Assembly (NCBI GenBank): GCA_963778655.1
Contig: CAVZVA010000005.1
Span: 736,001 to 800,000, forward strand
DNA length: 64,000 bases
Source: an uncultured delta proteobacterium
GTDB lineage: Bacteria > Myxococcota_A > Polyangia > Polyangiales > JAFGIB01
Reading direction: 5' to 3'
Under the pieces are notes generated by a model. That model did no database searches. It worked only from the letters and a program-made list of their open reading frames with translations, and was not told the DNA's origin. Positions within the stretch are counted from its first letter, which is position 1; each line of letters begins with the position of its first letter. Below, piece by piece: positions 1 through 11,841 of the stretch. Made by a program: the position numbers and the translations under genes.

Positions 1-631
<631 letters not shown>

Positions 632-774
632 GGCTGAGCGCCGCGCCAGCGCGCGGTAAGCATGCGCTGGGATCGTACTCTGCGGGGAGCTGCGTGCCAA
701 CCGGAAGGGTCCGAGGCGGGGCGCGCGCACCGCGGGCGTTGACCGTGCGACCGCATGTTTGGGAGACTGCCGCG

Positions 775-2649
775 GTGCGCCGGCGACTCGTTCTGGCCCT
801 CGCGGCCGGCTTCCCGCTGGCGATGTATCTGTGGACGCTCAGCGGCGCGGGCTACTGGCTCGACGGCGGCGAGTTCGTGGCGATGGCGGTGCGGCTCGAC
901 ATCGCCCACCCGCCCGGTCATCCGCTGACCGGGCTCTACGGCAAGACCCTGACCCTGCTGCCGCTGGGTCCGCTGGCGTTTCGCGTGGCGCTGGGGCAGG
1001 CGCTCGCGGCCGCGCTGGGCGCGGTGCTGTTGTTTCGCGCCGGCGAGAGCACCGCGCGCGCGTTCGGGCTGCGATCGGCCGCGCTGGTCACGCCGATCGC
1101 GCTGCTCGGCGCGTGGCTGTGCGCGTTCGGCTACGCGGTCTGGTTCCAGGCCATCCGCCCCGAGGTCTACGCGCTGCAGGACTTGAGCTCGTTCTTCGCC
1201 ATGGAGCGCATGGCGCGCTTCGTCGAGGACGGCGGGCGCGACCGCCGTCCTCTGTACGCCGCGGCGCTCGCGGTGGGGCTCGGCCTCTGCAACCACCACG
1301 TGATGGCCTTCTTCATGTTTCCGGCGTTGATCGGCTGCGCCGGGCTCGCGTTGCGGCGTGCCGGCCCGCGCCCGGTGCTGATCTGCGCCGCGCTCGGCCT
1401 GCTGGCGCTGAGCACCTACGCCTACCTGCCGGTGCGCGCGGCCCGCCATCCGCCCGCGAACCTGGGCGACCCCGAGACCTTCGCCCGCATGGCCTGGGTG
1501 GTCAGCGCCAAGGTCTACACGCGCTACGTGGGCGAGCGCTCGCCGCAGCCGCTCTCCGAGCGCTACGCGGATGCCGGTGTGGTGCTGGTCGACGACATGC
1601 AGGGCGTGTTCGCGCTGGTCGCGCTGTGGGGCCTGTACGCGGCGCTGCGGCGGCGCCAGAGCCGCCCGCTCGGTCTGCTGTGGCTAGCCTGCGCGGCCTC
1701 GGTGTTCGGGGTGCGGCCCTGGCTGGGCGCCGTGCGCGGCAATCCCGATGCGATCGCTTATATGACCTCCGGCATCGCGGCCGTCGCGCTGCTGGCGAGC
1801 GCGGGGGTTTCGGCGCTGGCGTCGTTTGCGACGCAGAGCGAGCCCTGGTCGCGCAAGCTGGTCGCGCCGCTGTGGCTGGTGCTGGCCGGCGCGCTGGCGC
1901 TGGCATTCGGCCGCGGGCTGCCGCGCGTCGATCTCTCCGGATTCCACGCCACCGATCTGTTCGACGAGTACCGCGAGCGCGGGTTGCCCGCGCGCACAGC
2001 GGTGGTCGCGACCACGCCGCAGACTGTGTTCCGGCACTTCGAGATCGCCGCAACCGAGCAAGTGCGCCCGGACCTCGAGCTGCTGCCGCTGCCCTTCCTG
2101 GGCTACCCCGGCGTCGCTGAGGCCGTGGTGCGCCGGCATCCAGATCTGCGCGGGCTGGTTGACGCCTTCGCCCGCTCCCAGCAGGTCGACCCCGCGGCGC
2201 TCTCGCGGTTGGCCACACGCCGTCCGGTGCTGATCGAGCTCGACTCGCACGTGCCGCCTGCTGCCTACGCCTCGCTGCTGCCGATGGGCCTGCTCTACGC
2301 CAGTGTGCAGGCCTCGACCGCGCGCGCGATGCTGGCGCCGGCCGCTGCGCTGCAGCGCAGGGTGTACCTGCGCATCTATCGCGACCTCGGCGCCGGCATC
2401 TCCGAGGTCGAGACCGCACGCCAGCTGCTCTGGGGGCATTACATGGACGCGCTGTTCTACGCCGCGCGCGGCGCGCTGCCCCAGGCGCGCTCCGCGCTCG
2501 CGCTCGCGGCGCGGCTGCGGCCCGAGGACGCGCAGGTGCGCGCGCTGCAAGCCGCGCTCGCGGACCCGGCGCTGCAGGGCCCGCTTGACGTGCGGCCGTT
2601 CCTGGCGTTCGACGCAGGCAGTGCCGAAGGCGCCACTGCCCCGCGCTGA
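775..2649 (+). CDS. DUF2723 / TMEM260-like GT-C membrane glycosyltransferase with C-terminal TPR-like helix
   Basis: N-terminal YWLDGGEF..LDIAHPPGHPL, QAIRPEVYAL and GLCNHH motifs typical of DUF2723; many hydrophobic segments. In-frame GTG at 775 chosen as start (track ORF begins at 694). Confidence 0.8.
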   Translation: MRRRLVLALAAGFPLAMYLWTLSGAGYWLDGGEFVAMAVRLDIAHPPGHPLTGLYGKTLTLLPLGPLAFRVALGQALAAALGAVLLFRAGESTARAFGLRSAALVTPIALLGAWLCAFGYAVWFQAIRPEVYALQDLSSFFAMERMARFVEDGGRDRRPLYAAALAVGLGLCNHHVMAFFMFPALIGCAGLALRRAGPRPVLICAALGLLALSTYAYLPVRAARHPPANLGDPETFARMAWVVSAKVYTRYVGERSPQPLSERYADAGVVLVDDMQGVFALVALWGLYAALRRRQSRPLGLLWLACAASVFGVRPWLGAVRGNPDAIAYMTSGIAAVALLASAGVSALASFATQSEPWSRKLVAPLWLVLAGALALAFGRGLPRVDLSGFHATDLFDEYRERGLPARTAVVATTPQTVFRHFEIAATEQVRPDLELLPLPFLGYPGVAEAVVRRHPDLRGLVDAFARSQQVDPAALSRLATRRPVLIELDSHVPPAAYASLLPMGLLYASVQASTARAMLAPAAALQRRVYLRIYRDLGAGISEVETARQLLWGHYMDALFYAARGALPQARSALALAARLRPEDAQVRALQAALADPALQGPLDVRPFLAFDAGSAEGATAPR

Positions 2650-2719
2650 GCGGCGCGGCTTTGGCGCCCAGGCAGGCGCGACCCGCGCCGTGCGGCGATT
2701 GGGCGGGAGCCGCCTTGGC

Positions 2720-3430
2720 TCAAAGCGAGGTGCTATCGACGATGGTCATCGTGAAGCTGCCGTCGAGGCCATCGGCCGGGCAACCCGCCGCGCCGGCGAA
2801 GCCGTCGACGTGCAAGCTACCTTTGATCACGCCACCGATGTTGCCGACCGCGTCGATGCTGAGGCGACCGCCGCTCGCGGTGCACAGACCGCTGGGTAGC
2901 GACCACACCAGGTCGGCTTGCCCGTTGGCCAGCCCGATCTCGTAGTCGCCGGCAGCGGTGCCATACAGGTTGATCGTGACGAAGCTGCCGAACGCCTTGG
3001 CGGGCGCGTCCCAGCCGTAGTGCAGCAGCAGGTTGTAGCCGGGCCCCGTCGCCACCAGGTCGTCGTAGTGCACCGCCATGATCTGCGCGTCGCACACCGT
3101 GGGATCGTCCGAGCTGGGTGCTTCGGTGTAGTCGGTGGCGCCGAGCGTGACGGTATCGTCGTCACAGCTGGCGCTCGAGCCGCCCGCGCCGCCGGAACCG
3201 CCGGTCGGCGAGCCGGCGTCGGCGCTCGGGCTGCCCGCATCCGAGCCGCTGTCCGCGCCGCCGCCTGCATCGCCTGCGGCCGCTGCCGCTGCAGCGCTGG
3301 CGGCGTCGGCTCCGGCATTCGCTCCCGCGTCCGGGCTCGCGGCCGGATCATGGCCGCCGCAGCCGAGCGCGACCGCAGCCGCGCACAGCGCGCCCGTCAC
3401 CATCGATGTGCCCCGCGTCGTCTCGCGCAT
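2720..3430 (-). CDS. Putative lipoprotein with Ala/Gly/Ser/Asp-rich linker and small Cys-containing C-terminal domain
   Basis: Hydrophobic signal with lipobox ALGC, low-complexity DAG-repeat linker and four further Cys; fills the gap between neighbouring genes. Confidence 0.75.
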   Translation of the reverse strand: MRETTRGTSMVTGALCAAAVALGCGGHDPAASPDAGANAGADAASAAAAAAAGDAGGGADSGSDAGSPSADAGSPTGGSGGAGGSSASCDDDTVTLGATDYTEAPSSDDPTVCDAQIMAVHYDDLVATGPGYNLLLHYGWDAPAKAFGSFVTINLYGTAAGDYEIGLANGQADLVWSLPSGLCTASGGRLSIDAVGNIGGVIKGSLHVDGFAGAAGCPADGLDGSFTMTIVDSTSL

Positions 3431-3514
3431 TCCGCACGCGCGATTCTACGTCAAGCGGGCACGATGACCAAGCGCGCAAGCTCGCGCCGAGCCCGCGCTC
3501 GGGCCGTCTCGCCT

Positions 3515-5110
3515 TCAGCGCAACGAGTCACAGGCGCGCTGCTCGCGGCGCGCCTGGGCCGGGTCGTCGGTCGCGCGTGCCAGGTCGCAGTGCGGCTGCG
3601 GATCGAAGGGGTTGATCCAAATCGCCTCGCGCAGCGCTTCGCGCGCGGCCGCCATCTCGCCCAGCCGCAGGTGCGCCGCGCCCAGCAGGGCGTGGGTCGG
3701 CGCGTGGCTCGGGTAGCGAGCGACCTGCGGCTGCAGCGCCGCGATCACCGCGCGTGCGTCGCCGGCCTGCAGCGCGGCGCGCCCGTAGCGCGCGGCCACG
3801 ATCGGGTCCTGCTCGTCGGCGTGATGTGCCTTCTCGTACTCGCGCGCCGCCGCCGCCGTGCGCCCGCGATCCCACAGCATGTCGCCGATGCGCAGAAAGC
3901 GCCGCGCGTCGCTCTCCACCACGTCCGCGCTTTCGTCGGTCGGCCCATTTCCGACCTTGAAGCGCCGCTTGAGCCGGTGCGCCGGCGCTGGTCCCTCGGT
4001 CTCGGTGGGCAGCGACGCCTTCCAGTCGCTCTCGAGGCGCGTGAACGGCACGCCGGCGGCCTTGCTCAGCGCGTCGCGTGCGTCGGCGCCGTCCTTGATC
4101 TGCGCGAGCGCCGCGCGCAGCGTGGGAATGCCGTAGCGCTGCACGTAGAGCTGCATGAAGGTGGCCACCTGGGCAAAGGCCAGCGCCGCATCGTCCTCCG
4201 AGGGCAGCATGGCGATCGAGGGGTGCATCTGCTCAAAGGTCAGCAGCTTGCCCTTGGCCGCGGCCTGCTGCAGCAGCACGCGCCCGCCGGGATCGAGCTG
4301 CAGCCCGGCGTCGGGCCCGCGCCACGAACGCTCGAAGAGCTTGGCCGTGCCCTCCTGCAGCCACACCGGTGCGCGGTCGCCGGTCACGCGTGACAACACC
4401 AGGTGCACCAGCTCGTGGGTGATGGTGTCGGCCCAGGGGTAGCCGCGCACCAGCGCCTTGGGGCTAGTGATCATCAGTCGGTTGAACTTGCTCAGCGCGA
4501 CCGTGCCCGTGGTCTGGATCTGCTCCACGGTCAGTGCCGACACCTGCGCCAGCGTCTCCGGCGAGGGATAGATCTCGATCCGCAGTGGCCCGGGCAGCGG
4601 CACGCCGAAGGTCTGCTGCAGCGCGTGGTCGGCGGCGGCCACCACGTCCAGCGCGTAATCGGCCAGCAGCGCGTCCTTGCCCGGCGGGTAGCGCACCACG
4701 TAGCGCCCGTCCGCCGACGCCTTGCGCTCGAAGCCCTGCGTGACGTCGAGCGTCGCCGCCATCAAGTCGCGCATCGACTGCCACGGCTTGCGCTCGTGGC
4801 TGGTCGCGCCGGGCAAGGCACGGTCGGCCAGCGCCACCGCCTGCGCGTAGTCGCCCTGATAGAAGCGCAGCCGAGCCTGCTCGAACAGCACCTCGGGCAC
4901 GCCCGCGTGATCGACCGCGAGCTGCGCGAGCAGGCGTTGGGCCTGCTCTAGCCGCAGCTCGCTGATCGCGTCCGAGGCCTGCTCCAGCAGATCGGTGGCC
5001 TGCGCCTTGTGCGCGCCCTGCGGCTGGGGCGCCGCCCCCGCGCGCGGGGTGCCGCTCGCCAGCACGGCGGCCAGCAGCATGCCGGCGGTGGTGGCGGCGC
5101 GCCGGCTCAT
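3515..5110 (-). CDS. Secreted TPR-containing peptidase MA-like (gluzincin) metallopeptidase
   Basis: Signal peptide; THELVHLV (HExxH) followed by PVWLQEGTA (third ligand Glu); TPR-like repeats at both ends; ATGA overlap with the upstream gene at 5107-5110. Confidence 0.85.
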   Translation of the reverse strand: MSRRAATTAGMLLAAVLASGTPRAGAAPQPQGAHKAQATDLLEQASDAISELRLEQAQRLLAQLAVDHAGVPEVLFEQARLRFYQGDYAQAVALADRALPGATSHERKPWQSMRDLMAATLDVTQGFERKASADGRYVVRYPPGKDALLADYALDVVAAADHALQQTFGVPLPGPLRIEIYPSPETLAQVSALTVEQIQTTGTVALSKFNRLMITSPKALVRGYPWADTITHELVHLVLSRVTGDRAPVWLQEGTAKLFERSWRGPDAGLQLDPGGRVLLQQAAAKGKLLTFEQMHPSIAMLPSEDDAALAFAQVATFMQLYVQRYGIPTLRAALAQIKDGADARDALSKAAGVPFTRLESDWKASLPTETEGPAPAHRLKRRFKVGNGPTDESADVVESDARRFLRIGDMLWDRGRTAAAAREYEKAHHADEQDPIVAARYGRAALQAGDARAVIAALQPQVARYPSHAPTHALLGAAHLRLGEMAAAREALREAIWINPFDPQPHCDLARATDDPAQARREQRACDSLR

Positions 5111-8094
5111 CGCAGCAGCTCCTCGTAGTAGCGCGCGACCGCCGCCTTGTAGTCGCCGGGCGCGGGCTCGCGCATCGCGTCGAGCAGGCGCCTGCGCATC
5201 TGCACCGGGCCGTGGAACTCGTCCGCGCCCGGAATCCGCACCTGACCTTCGATGCGCATGCCCGAGCCGTCGCCCTCACGGCTGGCGTCGCGCTCACCCT
5301 CGCCAGGCTGCGCGCCGCCGCGGCCCTTGCGCGCCAGGCGCTCCTCGAGCTGGTGCAGCCGCTCGCTGGCGTCCTGCTGCTCGAGCGCGGAAGTCTGCGG
5401 ATCACCCCGCTCGAGCGCGTGCTCGGCACGCCGCATCGCGTCGCTGGCGCCTTCCAGGCCGTGCTCGGCGTCGGGCGAGAGCGGCGTGCCGTCCGGCCCC
5501 TTGCCGAGCTGTCCCTGCAAGCTCTCGGCCTGCTTTCGCGCTTGCTGCTGCGGATCGAGATCCGCGCGCATCTGCTCCCGATCGCCCTCGCCGACGAAGC
5601 GCCCCAGCTGCGGCGTCGCCTGATCGATCTGCCGTTGCAGCTTCCGCAGCTTGCCGGCAGCGGCGTGGGCCGCGTCCGCGCGCTGGGCCGCGGGGTTGCC
5701 GTGACCGGGGAACATACGCGCGTCCTGCTCCAGGCTCGAGCCGGCCTGCTCCAGGCTGCTACCGGCCGCGGCCGACATCGCGCGCGCCTCGGCCATGTCC
5801 CCGGTGCGCATCGCGTCGGCCGCATCCTTCATGCGCGCCCGTGCGCGGTCGAGCCAGGGCGCCTCGGGGCCGCCCTGGTCGGTGTCGTGAAGCGCTTGCA
5901 GGTCGCGCTCCAGCTCGTCGGCCGCGCGCTGCATCTCCTGGCTCGCGTTCGCATCGCCGCTCTGGCTTCGGGCGCGCGCCGCGGCGCGCTTGACCAGCTC
6001 GTGGCTGCGCTCGGCCAGCCGCGCCTGCTCGGCGGCCAGCATGCTGACCTTCTGCCGGGCCGCGGCCAGCGCGCGATCGCGCGCGCCGAAGTGCGCCTCG
6101 CGAAAGCGCGCCCCGCCGCTCTCGATGTGCTCGGACATCTGGTCGAGCTGCTGTCCGAGCGCCGCGAGCTGGCGTTCGGCCGCGTCGAGGTCGCCCGCCT
6201 CGACCGCGGCGCGCAGCTCCTCGAGCGCGTTCTTGGCGTCGCTCTGCGGCAGCGCCTCGCGGTTGATGAACTCGCTGGGCACACGGTTGCTGAGGCGTGC
6301 GAGGCTCTGCCCCAGCTCGCGCAGGCGGCGCTGGGCCTTGGCGATCTCGGCCAGCAGCGCGCGCTGCGCCTCCGGGCTGTTGTGCGCCTTGAGCTGCTCG
6401 AGCAGCTCCTTGATGTGGTCCTTGAGCGCGGAAAGCTCGTGCGTCAGGTTGCGCGCCTCATCGACCAGTCCCTGCGCCAGCATGTCCGAGAGCAGCAACA
6501 CGTCGCGCTCGTGCTCGGCCACCACGCGCGCGTCGGCCTCGGTCCGCTGCTTCTGCGCGTGCCCGCCCCCGTGGTAGAGGCTGGCCTCGCGCCGCAGCTC
6601 GTGGCGGGTGCGATCGAGGATGCCCTGGAGCTGCTCGGCGTCGAGCCCGCGCTGCTCGCGGTGCTGGCGTGCCGCCGCGATCAGCTGCTGCAGGCTGCCC
6701 AGCCAGCCTTCGCTGCCCCCGCGCAGCTCTTCGGCGCGCTGCTCGGCTTGCGTCGCCTGCGCCGGCAGCGCGGTCTCAAGTCGATCGGCCAGCGCGCCGA
6801 GCGCGCCGTCCAGCACCTCGCGCAGCAGCGGCAAGCGCAGCGAAAGTTGCTCGGCGTCGGTCGCGATCTCGAGGCTGATCGACTTCGACTCGGTCACGTT
6901 CGGCCCCGACACCACGTCGCCGTCGCGCGCCTCCAGCCACAGCAGCAGCACGTCGCCGGGCCGCGCGCCGATCTCCGCCGGTACCAGCTCGGTCTGGTCG
7001 TGCACGCTGCGCTGTGGCTTGTCCGAGGCCAGCGAGGACCACAGCCGCTGGCGCTGCTCGGGGCCGCCCGGAGCGCGGATCACCAGCTCCACCGCGGCCA
7101 GACCGTGGTCGTCGCCGGCGCTCCACGTAAGCGGCACTCGGTCCTGCGCCTCGACCGTGGTCAGCGGTGGCGGCTGCAGCACCGCGCTGGGCGCATGGTC
7201 CTGCACCGCGTGCACGCGCCGCGCCTGGCTGTCCTCGTACCAGTGTCCGCCGCTGTAGGCGCGCAGCGCGAGCGCGGCGTTTTCGCGCACCACGAAGCGC
7301 CCGAACAGCTTGCCGTTGGGCGCCGCGCTCAGGCGCACGTCGGTGCCGCCGAGCGCGAGCGTGCCCTGCTGGGCCGGCACGCGCAGGCCCACCAGCAGCT
7401 CGACGGTGGTGCCGCGCGGCGCTTCGATCACGCGCGGGTCGTGCAGCTCGAGCGGCTCGGCGGAGAGATAGCTCGGGTACACCAGGCGCGCGTCGAGCTG
7501 CGAGACCACGCGCGCGACGCGCAGCCCGTCGGGCCGCATGTGCGCCGGGTGGAGCAGGGCGAAGGCGCCGCCGCGCAGCGCGTCGTTGGCGCGCAGCAGC
7601 GCCGCGCTCATCGCCACGCACAGCAGCCCGAACAGCACCGGCCGCTGTTCCAACCAGCGCACCGGCACCACCTGCGAAGGCGGCAGCGCCGAGACGGCAT
7701 CGCGCACCGTGCGCGCGTGCGCGGCCACCAGCGCGGGCGAGCTCGAAAGCGACGCGTGCTGCAGCTCGAGCGTGCTGCGCGCGCGCGAAGCCAGCGCCGG
7801 CTGGCGCTCCGCCAGCAGCTCGCAGCTGCCGACGCCGCGCAGGCGGCGCAGCGGCCATAGCCCGCGCAGCAGCACCGCGCCCGCGAGCAGGCCGAGCAGC
7901 GCGAGTGCGACGTGCGAGAACACCGGGGTCACCACCGGCCCCGACAGCCCGCCCACCACCAGCAGCGACACGCTGGCCACGCCCAGCGCCGCGCAGGCCG
8001 CTCGTACCGCATGCAGCAGGGTGGCGCGCGCGCGCAGGCCGCGCAGGTACGACGCCACCGCGTCGGCTGCGTCGCGCCGGGCTTGAGTGCTCAC
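5107..8094 (-). CDS. DUF4175-like membrane-anchored coiled-coil protein (~995 aa)
   Basis: Three N-terminal TM segments, YPSY and AGDDHGL Ig-like motifs, long helical region, C-terminal PGDYKAAVARYYEELLR. In-frame GTG at 8094 chosen as start (track ORF to 8388). Confidence 0.75.
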   Translation of the reverse strand: MSTQARRDAADAVASYLRGLRARATLLHAVRAACAALGVASVSLLVVGGLSGPVVTPVFSHVALALLGLLAGAVLLRGLWPLRRLRGVGSCELLAERQPALASRARSTLELQHASLSSSPALVAAHARTVRDAVSALPPSQVVPVRWLEQRPVLFGLLCVAMSAALLRANDALRGGAFALLHPAHMRPDGLRVARVVSQLDARLVYPSYLSAEPLELHDPRVIEAPRGTTVELLVGLRVPAQQGTLALGGTDVRLSAAPNGKLFGRFVVRENAALALRAYSGGHWYEDSQARRVHAVQDHAPSAVLQPPPLTTVEAQDRVPLTWSAGDDHGLAAVELVIRAPGGPEQRQRLWSSLASDKPQRSVHDQTELVPAEIGARPGDVLLLWLEARDGDVVSGPNVTESKSISLEIATDAEQLSLRLPLLREVLDGALGALADRLETALPAQATQAEQRAEELRGGSEGWLGSLQQLIAAARQHREQRGLDAEQLQGILDRTRHELRREASLYHGGGHAQKQRTEADARVVAEHERDVLLLSDMLAQGLVDEARNLTHELSALKDHIKELLEQLKAHNSPEAQRALLAEIAKAQRRLRELGQSLARLSNRVPSEFINREALPQSDAKNALEELRAAVEAGDLDAAERQLAALGQQLDQMSEHIESGGARFREAHFGARDRALAAARQKVSMLAAEQARLAERSHELVKRAAARARSQSGDANASQEMQRAADELERDLQALHDTDQGGPEAPWLDRARARMKDAADAMRTGDMAEARAMSAAAGSSLEQAGSSLEQDARMFPGHGNPAAQRADAAHAAAGKLRKLQRQIDQATPQLGRFVGEGDREQMRADLDPQQQARKQAESLQGQLGKGPDGTPLSPDAEHGLEGASDAMRRAEHALERGDPQTSALEQQDASERLHQLEERLARKGRGGAQPGEGERDASREGDGSGMRIEGQVRIPGADEFHGPVQMRRRLLDAMREPAPGDYKAAVARYYEELLR

Positions 8095-8246
8095 GAGCAA
8101 AAGGTAGCAGACCGCCGGCTGGGGCGCGGGGCGGGTCGTGGTCGCGCATTTCGTGTGGCAACCCGGCGGGAAAAGCGCAATGATCGGCGCCCCGCCCCCG
8201 GTGGAGGCCGCGCCGCGGCCCGCGCGGGCGCGCAAGCAGGCGAGGC

Positions 8247-9662
8247 ATGGGCGGTTCCAGCTCCGAGGGCACGACGGTCGAAGTCGAGACGCGTTCCGAG
8301 CCGGGCGCGCGGGTCCAGGAGCAGCCCGGCGCTGCGGCAGCCCCGGCGGCGACCGCAGCAGCCGCAACCCTCGAAGCCGAGACCACACGGCTGGAGGAGC
8401 TGCTGGCAGCGCGCGCGCGCGAGCTGCTGGCGGCGCGCGGCGAGCTCGAGCGACTCCAGGGGTTGCTGCGCGACGCGCTGGCCCGGCTGGCGGGCAGCGC
8501 GGCGGGTCCGGCGGCCGCGGCCGAGCTCGCCGAGCTGGCGCGCCAGCGGGAGCTGGCGGTTAGCCGCGCGCTCGAGGCGGAGGCCGCGCGTGCCGAGGGC
8601 GCCCTGCGCCTGGACGAGCTGATGGGGCACCTGGTTGCGGCCGGGGCGAGCGACGGCGCCGAGGCGGGGGAGTCGCTGCCGCTGACCTGCGCGCGCCTGG
8701 CCGGCACGGTGCGCGGGCTACTGTCCTCGCGCGCGGAAATCGAGGAGGGCCGTGATCTGGCGCAGGCGCGGCTGGTGCTGGTCGAGCACGACCTGCAGGC
8801 GGCGGGCGAGCAGGCTCACGGGCTCGAACGGGCACTGGCTGAGACGCGCGAGCAAGTCGAGCTGGCCGGGGTCGCGCGCCGCGTTCTGGCGGTGCAAGTC
8901 GATGCCCTGGCCGGCGAGCGGGCGGGGCTGCGCGCGCGCCTGCAGGAAGCCGAGCGTGCTCAGGCCGCCGCGCAAGCCGCGGCTGCCGAGGCCCGCGGCA
9001 CGCTCGCCCAGAGCCGCGCCGAGCGGGCCGCGCTGGAGGCCGGCGCAGGTGCGGAACGCGAGCAGCTAGCGCAGAGAATTCACGAGCTTGATCAGGCGAT
9101 TACGAGAGAAAACGAGAAGACCAAGGAGGTTGCCGACGAGCTTGCGCGCAACGCCGCCGAACACCTGCTGCGCGAACGCGAGCTGGAGCGGGTGCGGGAG
9201 GAGCTGAGCACGGCACAAGCGCGCGGCGAGCAGGTCGAGCAGGGCTCACTCGTGCTCGAGCGCGACGCGGCCGCGCAGCAGCAGCGGGCCGAAGCCTTGG
9301 CCGCGGCCCTGGCCGAGCTGCGCCGCACGCTCGAGCAGCTGGGCGCCTCGCTCGAGCCGGCCCGCGCCGGGCTGCAAGCGGCGGCACCGCGCTTCGAAGA
9401 GGATGCGGCGACGCCGGCTGAGACCACCCAGCCCGGGATGCCGACTTACATCGAGGCGATCGAGGGGCTGGAAGAGCAGGTGTCCCTGCGCGATCAGCGC
9501 ATCGTAGAGCTGAGCGGTCAGCTGGCGCGCGACCGCGGCCGCCTGTCCGCGCTGCAGACCGCGCTGCGCGCGCTGCAAGGCGCCGCGAGCGAGGGGCCGC
9601 TGGCCGAGCAGCTGGAGTCCCTGCTCGCGCTGTGCGAGCGCGGCGACTCGCTCCGGCCCTGA
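8247..9662 (+). CDS. Hypothetical long coiled-coil protein
   Basis: 471 aa, rich in Ala/Glu/Leu/Arg with heptad pattern, no TM or signal peptide; GAGG upstream of the ATG. Confidence 0.7.
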   Translation: MGGSSSEGTTVEVETRSEPGARVQEQPGAAAAPAATAAAATLEAETTRLEELLAARARELLAARGELERLQGLLRDALARLAGSAAGPAAAAELAELARQRELAVSRALEAEAARAEGALRLDELMGHLVAAGASDGAEAGESLPLTCARLAGTVRGLLSSRAEIEEGRDLAQARLVLVEHDLQAAGEQAHGLERALAETREQVELAGVARRVLAVQVDALAGERAGLRARLQEAERAQAAAQAAAAEARGTLAQSRAERAALEAGAGAEREQLAQRIHELDQAITRENEKTKEVADELARNAAEHLLRERELERVREELSTAQARGEQVEQGSLVLERDAAAQQQRAEALAAALAELRRTLEQLGASLEPARAGLQAAAPRFEEDAATPAETTQPGMPTYIEAIEGLEEQVSLRDQRIVELSGQLARDRGRLSALQTALRALQGAASEGPLAEQLESLLALCERGDSLRP

Positions 9663-9671
9663 GAGGGAGGG

Positions 9672-9705
9672 GCGACGTCCCGCACGCGAGCGCGCGGGAC
9701 GTCGC
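9672..9705. terminator. Perfect 12-bp hairpin between convergent genes (possible bidirectional terminator, no U-tract)
   Basis: gcgacgtcccgc (9672-9683) pairs with gcgggacgtcgc (9694-9705), between stops at 9662 (+) and 9717 (-). Confidence 0.55.
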
Positions 9706-9716
9706 AGCTGGTCGAG

Positions 9717-11381
<1,665 letters not shown>

Positions 11382-11672
11382 CTACTTCTCGACCACGCCG
11401 AGGATGTCGTCCTCGCGCAGAATCAGCAGCTCTTCGCCGTTGATGGTGACCTCGCTGCCGCCGTACTTGCTGAACAGCACGCGGTCGCCGACCTTCACGT
11501 CGAGCTTGCGCACGCTGCCGTCTTCCAACACGCGGCCGGGGCCGACCGCCAGCACCTTGCCCTCAGCGGGCTTCTCCTTGGCAGTATCGGGGATGATGAT
11601 TCCCCCCTTGGTCTTCTCTTGCTCGGCGATTCGTGAAACGACAACACGGTCCTGAAGGGGACGAATGGACAT
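11382..11672 (-). CDS. groS: Co-chaperonin GroES
   Basis: [12 protein letters not shown]...[16 protein letters not shown]...[12 protein letters not shown]...[11 protein letters not shown]; true start 11672 with GGAGAG upstream. Confidence 0.98.
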   Translation of the reverse strand: MSIRPLQDRVVVSRIAEQEKTKGGIIIPDTAKEKPAEGKVLAVGPGRVLEDGSVRKLDVKVGDRVLFSKYGGSEVTINGEELLILREDDILGVVEK

Positions 11673-11746
11673 TGGCTCTCTCCTCCGGGTGGGGGATCGG
11701 GCTGGCCCGCTCGTCTCGCCCCTGGCCCGACTCATTTGCGGCCGGC

Positions 11747-11774
11747 AACATAAGCTTCCGGGCCTGCCAGTCAA
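11747..11774 (-). promoter_or_regulatory. Sigma70-like promoter for groES-groEL
   Basis: Minus strand TTGACT-N16-TATGTT about 75 nt upstream of groES; no canonical CIRCE seen. Confidence 0.5.
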
Positions 11775-11791
11775 GTGCCTGGATGCTTCCA

Positions 11792-11819
11792 TTGCTCCGC
11801 CGGGAATTCCTGCGATAAT
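11792..11819 (+). promoter_or_regulatory. Sigma70-like promoter for the divergent gene at 11842
   Basis: TTGCTC-N16-GATAAT, 22 nt before the ATG at 11842. Confidence 0.4.
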
Positions 11820-11841
11820 CCAGGGAGCAGGGCGAGGTTGG

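Noticed and set aside
5212..7860. 882-aa plus-strand ORF and similar long antisense ORFs (e.g. 20845-23346, 31684-34440, 43977-46310, 53957-55711)
   Set aside because: Shadow ORFs opposite well-supported genes. They are expected at this GC content and show no recognisable motifs.
11673..11790. CIRCE operator upstream of groES
   Set aside because: No TTAGCACTC-N9-GAGTGCTAA or close variant was found by eye.
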